In this document: positions 49,309 through 60,009 of the stretch, one piece after another
Layout: each line of letters begins with the position of its first letter
Numbering within the stretch: position 1 is the stretch's first letter
DNA from: Cyanobacteria bacterium P01_D01_bin.156
GTDB taxonomy: Bacteria; Cyanobacteriota; Cyanobacteriia; Phormidesmidales; Phormidesmidaceae
Length of the DNA: 64,000 nucleotides
Assembly (NCBI GenBank): GCA_039024555.1
Contig: JBCCQQ010000013.1
Span: 41,216 to 105,215 of the forward strand
Direction of reading: 5' to 3'
The notes under the pieces: generated by a model
Database searches by the model: none
What the model was told of the DNA's origin: nothing
The model's input: the letters and a program-made list of their open reading frames with translations, nothing else
Made by a program: the position numbers and the translations under genes

Positions 49309-51831
49309 TTAAGCTGCTTCAATATATTGTGGCTCAGTCAGTTTGAAGTTGTTGCGCGTGGGATGGGGTAATCCTAACTCGTTAGCTCGAATACTCTCTA
49401 CTAAGTGGTCTAACAGGATAAACTCTCTTGGCCATGTGAGCGTAAACAGCTTTAGTGTAGAGGGTAACGAAAACTGACGAAGATTGTCAGGCAGTAGGAT
49501 AGACGATATTTTCTGGGCATAGTGATTGCGATAGAGTAGTCCTAGAGCTACCCGCTGACTGTTAGAAACAGGTTGTGTGGTAGAGCGGAGCCAAGATTGC
49601 ATTGTGCGATGTTCCAGAATGTGAACTCGTAACACATCCTCTTCCAGAGAATCCAGACTACTTGTATCTAAGTACTGATCTAGCTTTTCGGGCCTCAGCC
49701 AAGCATTAACTAAATCGCAGGCTGATGAGTCTTTTGGGACGTCTGTTGTACATTGCTCTAACAACATTGCAGCCTGTTCTGGGGTTTTTTCAATTGTGAA
49801 CAATGCCTGTAGTAAAAGGCGCTCCGATGACAGATTGTTTTCTTGACCGGACCACCAGCGTAGGGTGGTTATATGGTTTTCCAGATCGTGGCGTAGGGGA
49901 TGTGCTGATGGTAAACCTGATAGCACTGTTTGATAGTGCTGTAAGGTTCGGGCAAACACGGCCTCCCGAAAATCTGCCAGTTCTTCGTACCAGCTGGTAA
50001 ACAGAAATGCTTGGGGATTAATCAAGCATTCCAAGGCCCAAGCATCAATAGCCCTATTCATATCACCTAGGGACTCAGCTGTTAGACCTAGCAAATAGTA
50101 GCTGTGGTTTTTGCTCCTGGGGCTAAGCTGCACCACTTTTGTAATAGCCTGCTGGGCTGTGGCTACATCGCCCGTTTGCCAAGTGAGCACTGCCAGATTT
50201 TGATTAAACCAAATGTCATTAGGTGCTGTTTGGAGGGCTTGTTGATAAAGTTGAATAGCCTCTTGCCGTAAAATCTCCCGGTTCTCATCATTAGCAGTGA
50301 GGGCAATTTCAGTCAGTTGTTGTGCTCCTAACGCACTAGGAGTTGGGTCCCAAGGCGTTAAACTACTCGCAGTATAAAATTTATTATCAGACTGAATAAG
50401 ATTTCCTTGACTAATGGATGCTAACCCTTGATGAGTCATCAACAGGGATAAATCTGCACGTAGCCAAAACTGCCCTATTAGGGCTAAGAACATCAGTATC
50501 AATAAACTGCTCCATCGCCTAATGTGCAGAGAAACTTGTAATTCAGCAGAGTCTGCCCAGCTCAACTTAGCTAGGGATACTACAAGCACAGTCAATGTAA
50601 CAGCAATAGGAATATTCTCTAACTGATAGTCACTCAGGCTAGAAATACTGTACCCAAACAATCCCATGGCAGCGGCTAAACCAATTTTCTGTTCCAGAGT
50701 AGAAGAGCATGGTGTTTGTAGATAGCAGATTAATCTCACTAAACAAACCATGAGAGATATGTACCAGAGAGCCCCTAGCCATCCCATCTCAGCCACAAGC
50801 TGGAGTGGCGTATTGTGTACTTGTTGTACTTGGTTTAATCCAGTTCCTGCTTCTAAAGGGCGATAGTTCTCATAAAGGCGTCCTAAATTACCTGGCCCTA
50901 GACCCAAGGGACGATGCTGAACAACATTCTTAACGGCATGGGCCATAAATACACGATCGACTGTTGGACCATCGTTTAGAATGGCTGGACCGCTGAAAGC
51001 TGGAGGACTTTGAAAATCCATCACTAGGGAACGTACTCGCGGATTGCTTCCCAGGAGTCCCAAGACTAAGCACAAGGCTACTCCAGCAAATGCGATCGCA
51101 CTCAAACGAGCTTTGCCACGACGACGAAAAATGCTCAAAACCAGGGTCAGCAATAGTACGGCGACTCCCCCTAGCCAAGCACCCCGCGACCCTGATGCAT
51201 AGAGTGCCGCTGTAATAACTGCCCCCAATCCACCATAGACCCACCGCCAGTATCCTTTATGGACCCATGCTGAGCCAAAAGCCACAGGCATGACTAGTAC
51301 AAAGTAGCCACCAGCAAAGTTATGATGGCCAAGGGGAAACCGATTACGAATTGCCTCATAAAAATTCTCTGAAAGCCACATCTCTGGTGTGGGTTGCCAC
51401 AGAGCAAGACTAATAATGGCGGCAATAGCGCCTACCCAAACAACTCCTTGGCATAGCCATTGCACGCTCCAGCGAATATTGTGCAATCCATAGAGCAGTA
51501 TTCCGTAACACACCACCATCAGCAGGTTTTGTAGTGCCAAGAGTGGAAACTGAGCCCCTAAACTACTGATTGCCAAACTTATGAGTAGCCCCAGAACTAA
51601 CCAATCAACGCCAAAACCTAGCCAATAAAACGGCTGTTTGAACTGCCGAAGTTTCCAGAAACAGGCTGTTGTAATCGTTAAAAATGCTCCCTGCCAAACC
51701 AGAATCCAGGGCCAGCTCACCATGCGAAAGTAGCTATCTGGTAACCAGGCAAATATGGCTAGGCATAGCAGTCCCAGCCCCATTAAACCTTCGAATACAA
51801 TTAATCGGTTTATTCTCAACTCACTCTTCAT
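49309..51831 (-). CDS. Second O-antigen ligase / OTase-like paralogue
   Basis: LGHHNFAGGYF, GSRGA, GLGPG, HNTPLQLVAEMG, SDYQL; same layout as its neighbour. Confidence 0.85.
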   Translation of the reverse strand: MKSELRINRLIVFEGLMGLGLLCLAIFAWLPDSYFRMVSWPWILVWQGAFLTITTACFWKLRQFKQPFYWLGFGVDWLVLGLLISLAISSLGAQFPLLALQNLLMVVCYGILLYGLHNIRWSVQWLCQGVVWVGAIAAIISLALWQPTPEMWLSENFYEAIRNRFPLGHHNFAGGYFVLVMPVAFGSAWVHKGYWRWVYGGLGAVITAALYASGSRGAWLGGVAVLLLTLVLSIFRRRGKARLSAIAFAGVALCLVLGLLGSNPRVRSLVMDFQSPPAFSGPAILNDGPTVDRVFMAHAVKNVVQHRPLGLGPGNLGRLYENYRPLEAGTGLNQVQQVHNTPLQLVAEMGWLGALWYISLMVCLVRLICYLQTPCSSTLEQKIGLAAAMGLFGYSISSLSDYQLENIPIAVTLTVLVVSLAKLSWADSAELQVSLHIRRWSSLLILMFLALIGQFWLRADLSLLMTHQGLASISQGNLIQSDNKFYTASSLTPWDPTPSALGAQQLTEIALTANDENREILRQEAIQLYQQALQTAPNDIWFNQNLAVLTWQTGDVATAQQAITKVVQLSPRSKNHSYYLLGLTAESLGDMNRAIDAWALECLINPQAFLFTSWYEELADFREAVFARTLQHYQTVLSGLPSAHPLRHDLENHITTLRWWSGQENNLSSERLLLQALFTIEKTPEQAAMLLEQCTTDVPKDSSACDLVNAWLRPEKLDQYLDTSSLDSLEEDVLRVHILEHRTMQSWLRSTTQPVSNSQRVALGLLYRNHYAQKISSILLPDNLRQFSLPSTLKLFTLTWPREFILLDHLVESIRANELGLPHPTRNNFKLTEPQYIEAA

Positions 51832-51849
51832 GAATCACGACTCATCAGA

Positions 51850-53346
51850 TTAATAAGCCCCTAATCCCGTCAAAATGATCCGCAAGGTAGCTACCATTAT
51901 TTCTAAATCTAGATTTAGAGACCAGTTATCGATGTAGTGCAAATCCAGTCTGGCCACATCGTCAAAAGTTTCGATATTAGAGCGGCCTGATACTTGCCAC
52001 AACCCGGTAATTCCTGGTAACACCTGATGGCGCATGTGGTGCCAAGGTTCAAACTGCTCTATGTCTCTTAGGGGCAGAGGACGCGGGCCCACCAAACTCA
52101 TCTGACCTCGTAATACATTAAATAGCTGAGGTAGCTCATCTAAACTACTACGACGCAAAAACTTGCCAACCTTGGTCACTCGTGGGTCATGGCGTAGTTT
52201 GAATAAAATGCCGTCAGCACTCTGGTTTTGTTGCTCTAGTTGAAACTGCTGTTGAGGGGCATTAACAGTCATGGTGCGAAACTTCCATACTTTGAAAACC
52301 TGCCCTCGCAACCCAATCCGTTCCTGTCGAAAAAAGACTGGACCAGGAGAGGTGAGACGAATTGAGATCGCAATCCCCAAAAATATCGGACTGAGCATCA
52401 GCACAGCACACAAAGACAGGCCATAGTCCACCCATCGCTTAATACGATAGTCTATGCTCTGAAAGATGGAGCTTTCAATCATTAATGTGGGTAGACCGGC
52501 TACAACTTCAGGCACTCCACGTCGATAAAGCATTTCTCGGCTTGATGGCAGTAACCGTAAAGGGATATTTGCCCGACGCAGTCGCCAATATAATCCTGAC
52601 GCTAATTCCACATTAGGCACATCTTCTGCCAGCACCTCGTCCGGTTTAGTGGCCAAAATGCGCTGAAAAGTCGCTTCTGTATTTGCCATGGAAGCCATCG
52701 CTGCTCCGACCACTTGATAGGGAGAACGTCGCTCCAGTGTTTTTGCTAGTTGCCGCAATCGATGGGGTTGAGTAATTAAAAACACTTGTATCGGTGCCCT
52801 CATTCCTTGCCAATGACTCAATAGACTATTCGCCAATAACCGAAATGCTGAAACCGACACCACACTGCTACCCCAAGCACTAAAAAACAAGGATCGAGGT
52901 GCATCGAGCTTGGGATCGTAAAAATACGCTAGTACCAAAGAGACAAAGTAAACACTGCTAACGAGCTGAGTCGCTCGTAGATAATCTCGTGCCCGAACAG
53001 TCTTTCCATATAGACCGTAATGGCCAAACAGCAATAGCGTACTACCTGCAAATAACCAAAATAAGCTCGGTAATCCCAACCAATTCCACCACAATAGCTG
53101 TGGTGGAATTGGTGAATAAAACTGGTTTAGATACCTTGCCAACCACCAGGCTAAGGCTAGCGATAGGGTATCGCTAAGGAGCAGAACACATGTTCTCAGA
53201 CCGTTCCACCCAAACCAATGCTTTGGCGCTATTGCTCGTGTGGCTCGAATATCAGCCCCCACGGTCATCAGAAAATTTTGCTTGTGACCTGTTTTTTCTG
53301 ACCCTAACTCTTTCATGCAGTGCCCTGGGAAATGGGCAGACGTCAA
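51850..53346 (-). CDS. Initiating polyprenyl-phosphate sugar phosphotransferase (WcaJ/WbaP family)
   Basis: KFRTM, DPRVTKVGKFLRRSSLDELPQLFNVLRGQMSLVGPRP, PGITGLWQVSGR. Confidence 0.93.
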   Translation of the reverse strand: MTSAHFPGHCMKELGSEKTGHKQNFLMTVGADIRATRAIAPKHWFGWNGLRTCVLLLSDTLSLALAWWLARYLNQFYSPIPPQLLWWNWLGLPSLFWLFAGSTLLLFGHYGLYGKTVRARDYLRATQLVSSVYFVSLVLAYFYDPKLDAPRSLFFSAWGSSVVSVSAFRLLANSLLSHWQGMRAPIQVFLITQPHRLRQLAKTLERRSPYQVVGAAMASMANTEATFQRILATKPDEVLAEDVPNVELASGLYWRLRRANIPLRLLPSSREMLYRRGVPEVVAGLPTLMIESSIFQSIDYRIKRWVDYGLSLCAVLMLSPIFLGIAISIRLTSPGPVFFRQERIGLRGQVFKVWKFRTMTVNAPQQQFQLEQQNQSADGILFKLRHDPRVTKVGKFLRRSSLDELPQLFNVLRGQMSLVGPRPLPLRDIEQFEPWHHMRHQVLPGITGLWQVSGRSNIETFDDVARLDLHYIDNWSLNLDLEIMVATLRIILTGLGAY

Positions 53347-54164
53347 CTAGAAGAATGCCCCATGTATGGACCTAGGATAGACCGCATTGCTCGATTCATT
53401 AACTGCAGTCCAAATAACAATAGAAATGCCGTATTGTGGATGACATAACGTCGCCATAATCGTCGCGGTTCCTGACATAGACGATAGAGCCATTCTAAAC
53501 CCCATGCCATCATCCATCGGGGCGCTTGAGAAACGCTACCACTGTGAAACGCAAAAGCAGCACCTACACCAACCATGACTGCGTTCGCTTGGCCCTGCTG
53601 GCGAGCCATCCATTCTTCCTGCTTTGGGCATCCCAAACCCACAAATACCACAGCAGCTCCTGATTGATTAATGGCTTCCACATCTGCGGCTTCTTCAGCT
53701 GGACTTAAATCCCGAAAAGGAGGTGCATAGGCACCTGCGATTTTTAGGGTAGGGAACTGTTTCTGGAGATTTTGTACCAGTGTCTGCACCATGATGTGGG
53801 TGCCACCATAAAAATAGACAGACAGCTGTTCTTGAGCAGCACGTTCACACCACGCCAGCATCAGGTCTGGACCGTACACTCGCGATTGATGTTTGATACC
53901 TAATCGCCTTAATCCCCACACTAAAGGCATGCCATCCGGTGTGACCAAGGCTGCATGGTTCACAACGTTACGATAGTCAGGATTCCAGTAGGCGGTCATG
54001 ACAACATGAACATTGGCCGCAACAATATAGCAAGATTCCTGAGTTTGAGCCCAATGGGAGATGCGATCGCAAGCATCTCCATAGCTCGTCGCATATATGT
54101 GAGTACCTAAAATCAGAACATGCCTCTTCTGCATAATGTGGCTTACAAATATCACACACAACAT
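53343..54164 (-). CDS. WecB/TagA/CpsF family glycosyltransferase (GT26)
   Basis: TPDGMPLVW, RVYGPDL, VGLGCPKQE, GVGAAF, LEWLYRL..EP.RLWRRY. Confidence 0.93.
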   Translation of the reverse strand: MLCVIFVSHIMQKRHVLILGTHIYATSYGDACDRISHWAQTQESCYIVAANVHVVMTAYWNPDYRNVVNHAALVTPDGMPLVWGLRRLGIKHQSRVYGPDLMLAWCERAAQEQLSVYFYGGTHIMVQTLVQNLQKQFPTLKIAGAYAPPFRDLSPAEEAADVEAINQSGAAVVFVGLGCPKQEEWMARQQGQANAVMVGVGAAFAFHSGSVSQAPRWMMAWGLEWLYRLCQEPRRLWRRYVIHNTAFLLLFGLQLMNRAMRSILGPYMGHSSS

Positions 54165-54167
54165 AAT

Positions 54168-54911
54168 TTACTTTGTAGCGACAAAGCAAAATTGCCCACA
54201 AAACATAAGTTTTGCAAAATTTATCTGACTACTATTTTTATGCGTTAATCGCCCAACTAATTCAATGAATAAATTCAAGGGAGATTCTTTTTCCCAACAT
54301 CTTGAAAAAAAGGCCGGTCGGCCTAAGCCGGCTCTAATAATGAGTGTTAGCGCATCTATACTCGGTCTGACTTCCTGAAGATTCATTCCAGCATCCGTCA
54401 ATAAGCAGTGAAAACCATAGGGCGTATAATTCCAAGTACTAAATGAATGATACGGTTCAAGTTGCGATGTTGATCCAAGAAAATAACCACCAGGCTTAAG
54501 GACTCTTACAACCTCTTTCAAAAGCATGCTTGGGTGCCTGACATGCTCTAGAACTTGTTGGCAAAAAATAATATCAAAGTAATTTTCATTAAAGGGGATG
54601 TTGATGCCATCAAAACATAAGAAAGTAGCATCTTGTCTTTCACGTCTATTAACTTCTGGTGAAGACTCTAAATCTAAACCAAACCATTGAATATCAGGAT
54701 CTATGTTTCGAAAAAAATCGATTGAATCACCTTCGCCACAGCCTAAATCTAAAACTATGTTCGACTTATCACCATAATTGCCTAAAAAGCTTTTACATAT
54801 TTTATAAGCATTAACTTGCCTACTGTGATCTTTTGGGACAGGCAACGATTTTAGATAATCTTTATACATATGCTTTACACAATGTTCGGATTGAAAACAA
54901 TTGAAGGTCAA
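54168..54911 (-). CDS. Class I SAM-dependent methyltransferase
   Basis: VLDLGCGEG, QVLEHV, RVLKPGG; true start may be ATG 54869. Confidence 0.85.
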   Translation of the reverse strand: MTFNCFQSEHCVKHMYKDYLKSLPVPKDHSRQVNAYKICKSFLGNYGDKSNIVLDLGCGEGDSIDFFRNIDPDIQWFGLDLESSPEVNRRERQDATFLCFDGINIPFNENYFDIIFCQQVLEHVRHPSMLLKEVVRVLKPGGYFLGSTSQLEPYHSFSTWNYTPYGFHCLLTDAGMNLQEVRPSIDALTLIIRAGLGRPAFFSRCWEKESPLNLFIELVGRLTHKNSSQINFAKLMFCGQFCFVATK

Positions 54912-54965
54912 TCTGAAAGCAATACTTTTCTGTAAAATACAACTTTTTTTGAACAGCTTATTAGA

Positions 54966-56165
54966 CTACAAAACTTGTTTATAAATAGCTTCTAGTTGCT
55001 GGTAGTTCTTGGAGGGCGTAAATTTATTTAAATACATGCTTCTGCCACGTATACCCATGTGTTCCAATGCAGATGAATTCATTCCGAACCAACGTATACA
55101 TTCAGTCCACTTTTGTATATTTTGTGGTTCAACTAAAAAACCATTTTCAGCATCCAAAACTAGTTCAGTCAGCGCTCCTAAGTTAGAACAAATCACAGGT
55201 CGACCACAAGCGAGCGATTCAATCACTATCCGACCAAATGTCTCATACCATTGAGAAGGGACTAAAACGGCACTACTTTTTTGGATGAAATTGATGACTT
55301 GAGCTATGGTTAACCTTCCTTGAAAATGAACATTAGCTAAGCCATTTTCATGACAAAATGTTTCCAGTATGACCCTTTCTGGGCCATCCCCTACAATATG
55401 TAAATGCCAATCTGGTTCATTAACAAACTGCCAAGCTTTTAGCAAAATCATTGCCCCTTTCTCCTTAGATAACCGCCCTGCAAATAGAAAAGTAGGTTGT
55501 TCTGGTAAGGGTTGAATCTCTTCATTATCAAGGGGATCAAAGATAAAGTTAGGTTTAACATGCAATTTCTCTGCTGGAATACCAATTTCAATAAGTTTCT
55601 GTGCAGCAAAATGACTTGGCGTAATAAAAATATCTACATCTTTCTCCCAAGTTTGGCGCCAACGATGAAAAGATAACATTTGCCACAGGCTGGTTGATGC
55701 TGGTAGAGAATTGCGATAGCAACGTCGCACCATGCCACGCCATGGATTGCGGCCCACACAGTCCTCACAGACTTGTTCCTTTCGATAGAGATAAGCATTC
55801 AGGCACCCCAATCGAAAGTTGCGCAAATGCTGCACCGTTGGTACGTCGAGGTTATGTGCAGCCTGATGAACTGATGGAGAAATCAATGGAAAGAAGTTTT
55901 GTACATGTAACAAGTCTGCTTGCATCGCTTGTAGTTTTGCTCTGACTTGATCATGTGCATTCTCATTCCAGGTAGTGCGCCAGAATAATGCTAACTTTTC
56001 TGACTCGGACATAGTAGCAATATTATTGTTATGCCATTGCAGTAGCTCCACTTGATGCCCAGCTTGCTTTAAGATTTCAATTTCAGTGGCCATGGAAACA
56101 TCTTCTCCGCCACTGTTTTTGTAGTAGTTATGTAAAAACAGACAGCGCAAAGACTTTAGAGTCAT
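54966..56165 (-). CDS. Glycosyltransferase family 4
   Basis: GRLSKEKG, PSQWYETFG...ESLACGRPV. Confidence 0.9.
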   Translation of the reverse strand: MTLKSLRCLFLHNYYKNSGGEDVSMATEIEILKQAGHQVELLQWHNNNIATMSESEKLALFWRTTWNENAHDQVRAKLQAMQADLLHVQNFFPLISPSVHQAAHNLDVPTVQHLRNFRLGCLNAYLYRKEQVCEDCVGRNPWRGMVRRCYRNSLPASTSLWQMLSFHRWRQTWEKDVDIFITPSHFAAQKLIEIGIPAEKLHVKPNFIFDPLDNEEIQPLPEQPTFLFAGRLSKEKGAMILLKAWQFVNEPDWHLHIVGDGPERVILETFCHENGLANVHFQGRLTIAQVINFIQKSSAVLVPSQWYETFGRIVIESLACGRPVICSNLGALTELVLDAENGFLVEPQNIQKWTECIRWFGMNSSALEHMGIRGRSMYLNKFTPSKNYQQLEAIYKQVL

Positions 56166-57397
56166 AGTAAGTTTTCGTATAGATTTAGCAGCTGTTGATT
56201 TAAGTTGTTTATATCAAAGGCATGACGTACAAATGTCTGTCCAGTTGCTCCCATTTGTTGACGCTGTTTTGGGTGGGCAATTAAGTAAGCCAAGCGTTCT
56301 GTTAAAGCCTCTACATCTCGTTCAGGCACTAAAAAACCAGACTGATTGACTAATATGCCTTCAGGAATACCATTATGCCAAGTAGAGATTACTGGAATAC
56401 CGCTGGCTTGTGCTTCTTGGAGTACTAAGCCTTGCCCCTCCATGTCACCATCAGTGGCAGTAATACTCGCTAATATAAAGATATCAGTGTTGGCGTAGCG
56501 CTGGCGTAATTCCACCTGATTACAAAGACCAACTAGATGGATGTAGCTCTCAGCATTTAAATCAGAAATCAGTTGAGTGAGAGAATTCTGCAAAGGGCCT
56601 TCTCCCACAATGTCATAACGAATATTTGGAAATCGTTGATACAGATGATAAACAGCCCGAATAGAGTATTCAATACCTTTCTTTTCAGTCAGTCTGGCCA
56701 CAGTCAAAAGTTGTACGATACCTGTGGAAATCTTGTTGATCACATGACTGTATAGCTGAGTTCTTAGCCCTACAGGCAGCTTTGTAATCTTGTTCTCTGG
56801 GCACCCTAATCTAATCAAACAGTCTTTTGTAAAATCGCTATTAACGGTAAAAAAATCTCCTTGATTAAATAGACGTTGATATACGCTAGGGCCACATTGC
56901 TTTGGATAAACATGTATATCAATACCATGGAAGGATGTGATCACTTTTCCATCAATTAAACCTAGATCTTTAAGATCAACACCCAATAGACCATACATAC
57001 CAAAGTGGCAATGAATAATATCGTATACTTGTCTAGTACTAAAAATACTAGCAAAATACAACAGATTCAAAAAGAACGCCTGACGTTTATATTTAAGGAT
57101 ATTTAAGCTTTTGAGCTGGGGTCGCAGTGGAAAATTAAACCCAGTCATCCAGAATAATTGGGGTGCCTTGAATAAGCGAAAAATAGCATTAGAGGGGGGG
57201 CAGGGCAACGGTGGAAATTGCGTCCGCTGAAGAAGACGATACTCCCGAGTCAATGGGTGAATTTGTCTGTTATCTCCCTTAAGAAGGGCATAAATATCTA
57301 CTTCCACTCCCAGTTCAAGCAGAGCTACTATTTGCTCCAAAATAAACGTTTCCGATAACACCGGAAATTTTCTTAATAAAAAAGCGACCTTCATCAA
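56162..57397 (-). CDS. Glycosyltransferase family 4 (WcaL-like)
   Basis: FPVLSETFI, IHCHFG, VARLTEKKG, GDMEGQG.VLQEAQA. Confidence 0.9.
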   Translation of the reverse strand: MMKVAFLLRKFPVLSETFILEQIVALLELGVEVDIYALLKGDNRQIHPLTREYRLLQRTQFPPLPCPPSNAIFRLFKAPQLFWMTGFNFPLRPQLKSLNILKYKRQAFFLNLLYFASIFSTRQVYDIIHCHFGMYGLLGVDLKDLGLIDGKVITSFHGIDIHVYPKQCGPSVYQRLFNQGDFFTVNSDFTKDCLIRLGCPENKITKLPVGLRTQLYSHVINKISTGIVQLLTVARLTEKKGIEYSIRAVYHLYQRFPNIRYDIVGEGPLQNSLTQLISDLNAESYIHLVGLCNQVELRQRYANTDIFILASITATDGDMEGQGLVLQEAQASGIPVISTWHNGIPEGILVNQSGFLVPERDVEALTERLAYLIAHPKQRQQMGATGQTFVRHAFDINNLNQQLLNLYENLL

Positions 57398-58404
57398 TCA
57401 CTGGTTGGTCTAGAACTACTAGAAGGACTAAACTTGAGCTTTTGCAAACGGAATCGTGCTATCTGTAATAGAGTTTTAGGAATAATTTCAGCCAAGGTTG
57501 GCAGGGATCGATATTGTTGCAGATAGTGCTTAAATTCAGATACAGCATATAGGTTAAGCCATCCCCCTTCAGCAAGCATTTCACCACAGCCTTCAGCAAA
57601 GCGTTTGTTGGCAAAACGATGCATTTGAGGAAAGGTTTGTCGTAGGTAAAACCCAAGTTTAATATTGATTTCAGCCCTTAGCTTGTGCCTATCGTCACGA
57701 AAGGTATAACTATTTTGAGAATGAATTCTTTGAACTGCTAACTGTTTTGTCAAAAGCAGCCCTGATGACAAGAATAAGGCTGAATACTTTATGTAGTTGT
57801 CGCTAATAGTAACACCTTCGGATTCTGGCATAGGCAATATGTTACTTAGCAAACTCTTTCGGAAACATAAACCGCATGGAATCGTATGAGTGAATCTCTT
57901 GCCTTGTCTCAAAACATTCTGAAAGTCAACAACTTGGCTTTCAGTAAGATAGCGACTAGGATCTTTTACCTCAAGTTTTTCGTCCTCAGCAGTCACATAC
58001 GCAAGCTTATGAAAAATCCAACCAATAGTCGTATTTCCTTGAAATAATGCAACTATTTCCATAACTTTCTCAGGATAAAAATAGTCATCTGCATCTAAAA
58101 AACATACTATATCGCCTGAAGCAGCAAAAAATCCTGCATTAAACGCTGAAGCCTGACCTCCATTAGGTTTGATAATAATCTTGATATTCTGATTGGAGTA
58201 ATTTTTGAGAATATCCTGGGAATTATCTTGCGAACCGTCGTCTACAACAATAACTTCGACATTTGTATAAGTTTGTGCCAAGGCACTGTCGATGGCCTGA
58301 GACAAATAACATCCATAGTTATAGTTATTAATCAGGATGCTAACTAATGGTCGTTTTTCTTCTAAGCAATTGCTTTCAGGTTGACTGTGGAGAAAATCAG
58401 GCAT
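57394..58404 (-). CDS. Glycosyltransferase family 2
   Basis: SILINNYNYG, VVDDGSQD, NGGQASAFN, FLDADD. Confidence 0.9.
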   Translation of the reverse strand: MPDFLHSQPESNCLEEKRPLVSILINNYNYGCYLSQAIDSALAQTYTNVEVIVVDDGSQDNSQDILKNYSNQNIKIIIKPNGGQASAFNAGFFAASGDIVCFLDADDYFYPEKVMEIVALFQGNTTIGWIFHKLAYVTAEDEKLEVKDPSRYLTESQVVDFQNVLRQGKRFTHTIPCGLCFRKSLLSNILPMPESEGVTISDNYIKYSALFLSSGLLLTKQLAVQRIHSQNSYTFRDDRHKLRAEINIKLGFYLRQTFPQMHRFANKRFAEGCGEMLAEGGWLNLYAVSEFKHYLQQYRSLPTLAEIIPKTLLQIARFRLQKLKFSPSSSSRPTSD

Positions 58405-58407
58405 GAA

Positions 58408-59304
58408 TCATAATGAATTAGAATGGCCAAATTTTTCCCTAAGAATACATAGCCATTTTGGTGGGAGAGTGACACTCAATACCGTAAATAAAATCAAGCG
58501 CAGGTATGGTTGTAAAAACACTATGATTCCTAAAATTCCCCAATATTGAAGACAAAAGTTCCAGTATCCCCACCAGTAATAGCTAGCTTTAGGTGACATA
58601 GCTGCTTGCCAATGCTGCCAAATTGTTTCTGAACCTTGAGTCCAGCTGATTCTAGGATGATCGCGAGGGCAAATAGAAATAGCATCCCCAAGTAAGTAAA
58701 GCTTGTAACCAGCCTGTTTAGCTGACCATGTATAAATGTTATCCCCTCCATAATGAGGAATTAAGTTAGCTGGTGGGTAGCCGATATCGTCAATAACTGA
58801 GCGCGGTAAGCATACGGCATTACCATCGAGAGCATCGCAGCTCAGAATTTCAGCTGGTACAGCATAGGCTGGAGTTTGCCGGAATCTATGGCGAGTTTGT
58901 CCACCATAGGTAAATGCACCATCGTAATAGCACTGACTGGCCGCTATTGTTTTTGGATGTTTCTTACAAAAGGTAATTAACTGACTAAAGGTGTTTGTTT
59001 TAGGAAGAGTGTCATCATTTAGCCAAATGATGTAATGTGCACCTTGTTCGTATGCATACTGCATACCCAATTTAATGGCTCCAGTCCACCAGAGATTTCC
59101 ACCAGTCGAAGAAAGAATATGGACCTGAGGATATTTAGCTGCTACAGCTGCTGCTGTACCATCGGTGCAACCATCATCAATTATGACCACTTGAAAAGTA
59201 TCAATAGCACGTTGAATCGCTAAATATTCTAAACATTTAAGAGTTATATTCTTACGATTATGTACAGGGACAATAATAAAAACAGACTGCTTCTGATGGC
59301 TCAT
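58408..59304 (-). CDS. Glycosyltransferase family 2
   Basis: IIVPVHNRK, IDDGCTDGT, GNLWWTG, WLNDD. Confidence 0.9.
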   Translation of the reverse strand: MSHQKQSVFIIVPVHNRKNITLKCLEYLAIQRAIDTFQVVIIDDGCTDGTAAAVAAKYPQVHILSSTGGNLWWTGAIKLGMQYAYEQGAHYIIWLNDDTLPKTNTFSQLITFCKKHPKTIAASQCYYDGAFTYGGQTRHRFRQTPAYAVPAEILSCDALDGNAVCLPRSVIDDIGYPPANLIPHYGGDNIYTWSAKQAGYKLYLLGDAISICPRDHPRISWTQGSETIWQHWQAAMSPKASYYWWGYWNFCLQYWGILGIIVFLQPYLRLILFTVLSVTLPPKWLCILREKFGHSNSL

Positions 59305-59395
59305 AAGCTAATCAGATAATACAAAAATAAAGGCTTTTTTATTAGAATAGTACAACACTAAACTGATACTTGGACTAAACTTTTGTCAGTCAATC

Positions 59396-59983
59396 AGGGG
59401 TAATTGGACGCGAAGTGCAATACAGTACTGGCTGCAGGCGAAATATACGCTGGTCGAACCCCATGTAGAACTAAAAAGCTACGTGGGTGATTTACTCACA
59501 AGTAGCGACTATCAGGTTGAATGGATTACCGCAGGTGCTGCAGACAAACCTGGAGAACTGGACTTCACTGTTGCCCAAAACTCAGTATCTAGTAAATTTG
59601 CTGTAAATCAAGAAGACGCAAAATCCCTTGGCCTCGTTCAGAAACAGGTACAAGTACTCACTCTGAATGATTTAGTTGCGTCTCGCGGTGGATTGATACC
59701 TGAAATGGTGACAATCGATGCTGAAGGATTTGATCTTAGGGTTCTTGATGGCGCTTCGTCACTACTCGGAAAGACTGATATTTTCCTATTAGAAGCAGCT
59801 GTTTTGTCAAATATTGAAAATACACTAGAGTTATTAATTCCAAAAATGTCTGCTGCTGGCTATCGGCTTATTGATATCACCGATATTAATCGCAGCACCA
59901 AACATGATGCTTTGTGGCTAGTTGAAGCAGCGTTCTTAAAAAAGACTAGCCAACTCTTGGAAAGTATTGATTCCTATGAGTAG
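59396..59983 (+). pseudogene. 5'-truncated FkbM-family methyltransferase, inverted relative to the cluster
   Basis: IDAEGFDLRVLDGA FkbM motif; the frame extends upstream of GTG 59483 as RGNWTRSAIQYWLQAKYTLVEP, but the DVGAN SAM motif is missing and an in-frame TAG lies at 59348. Confidence 0.65.
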
Positions 59984-60009
59984 TCGTTAAAAAGTCGTAC
60001 ATGCAACGT

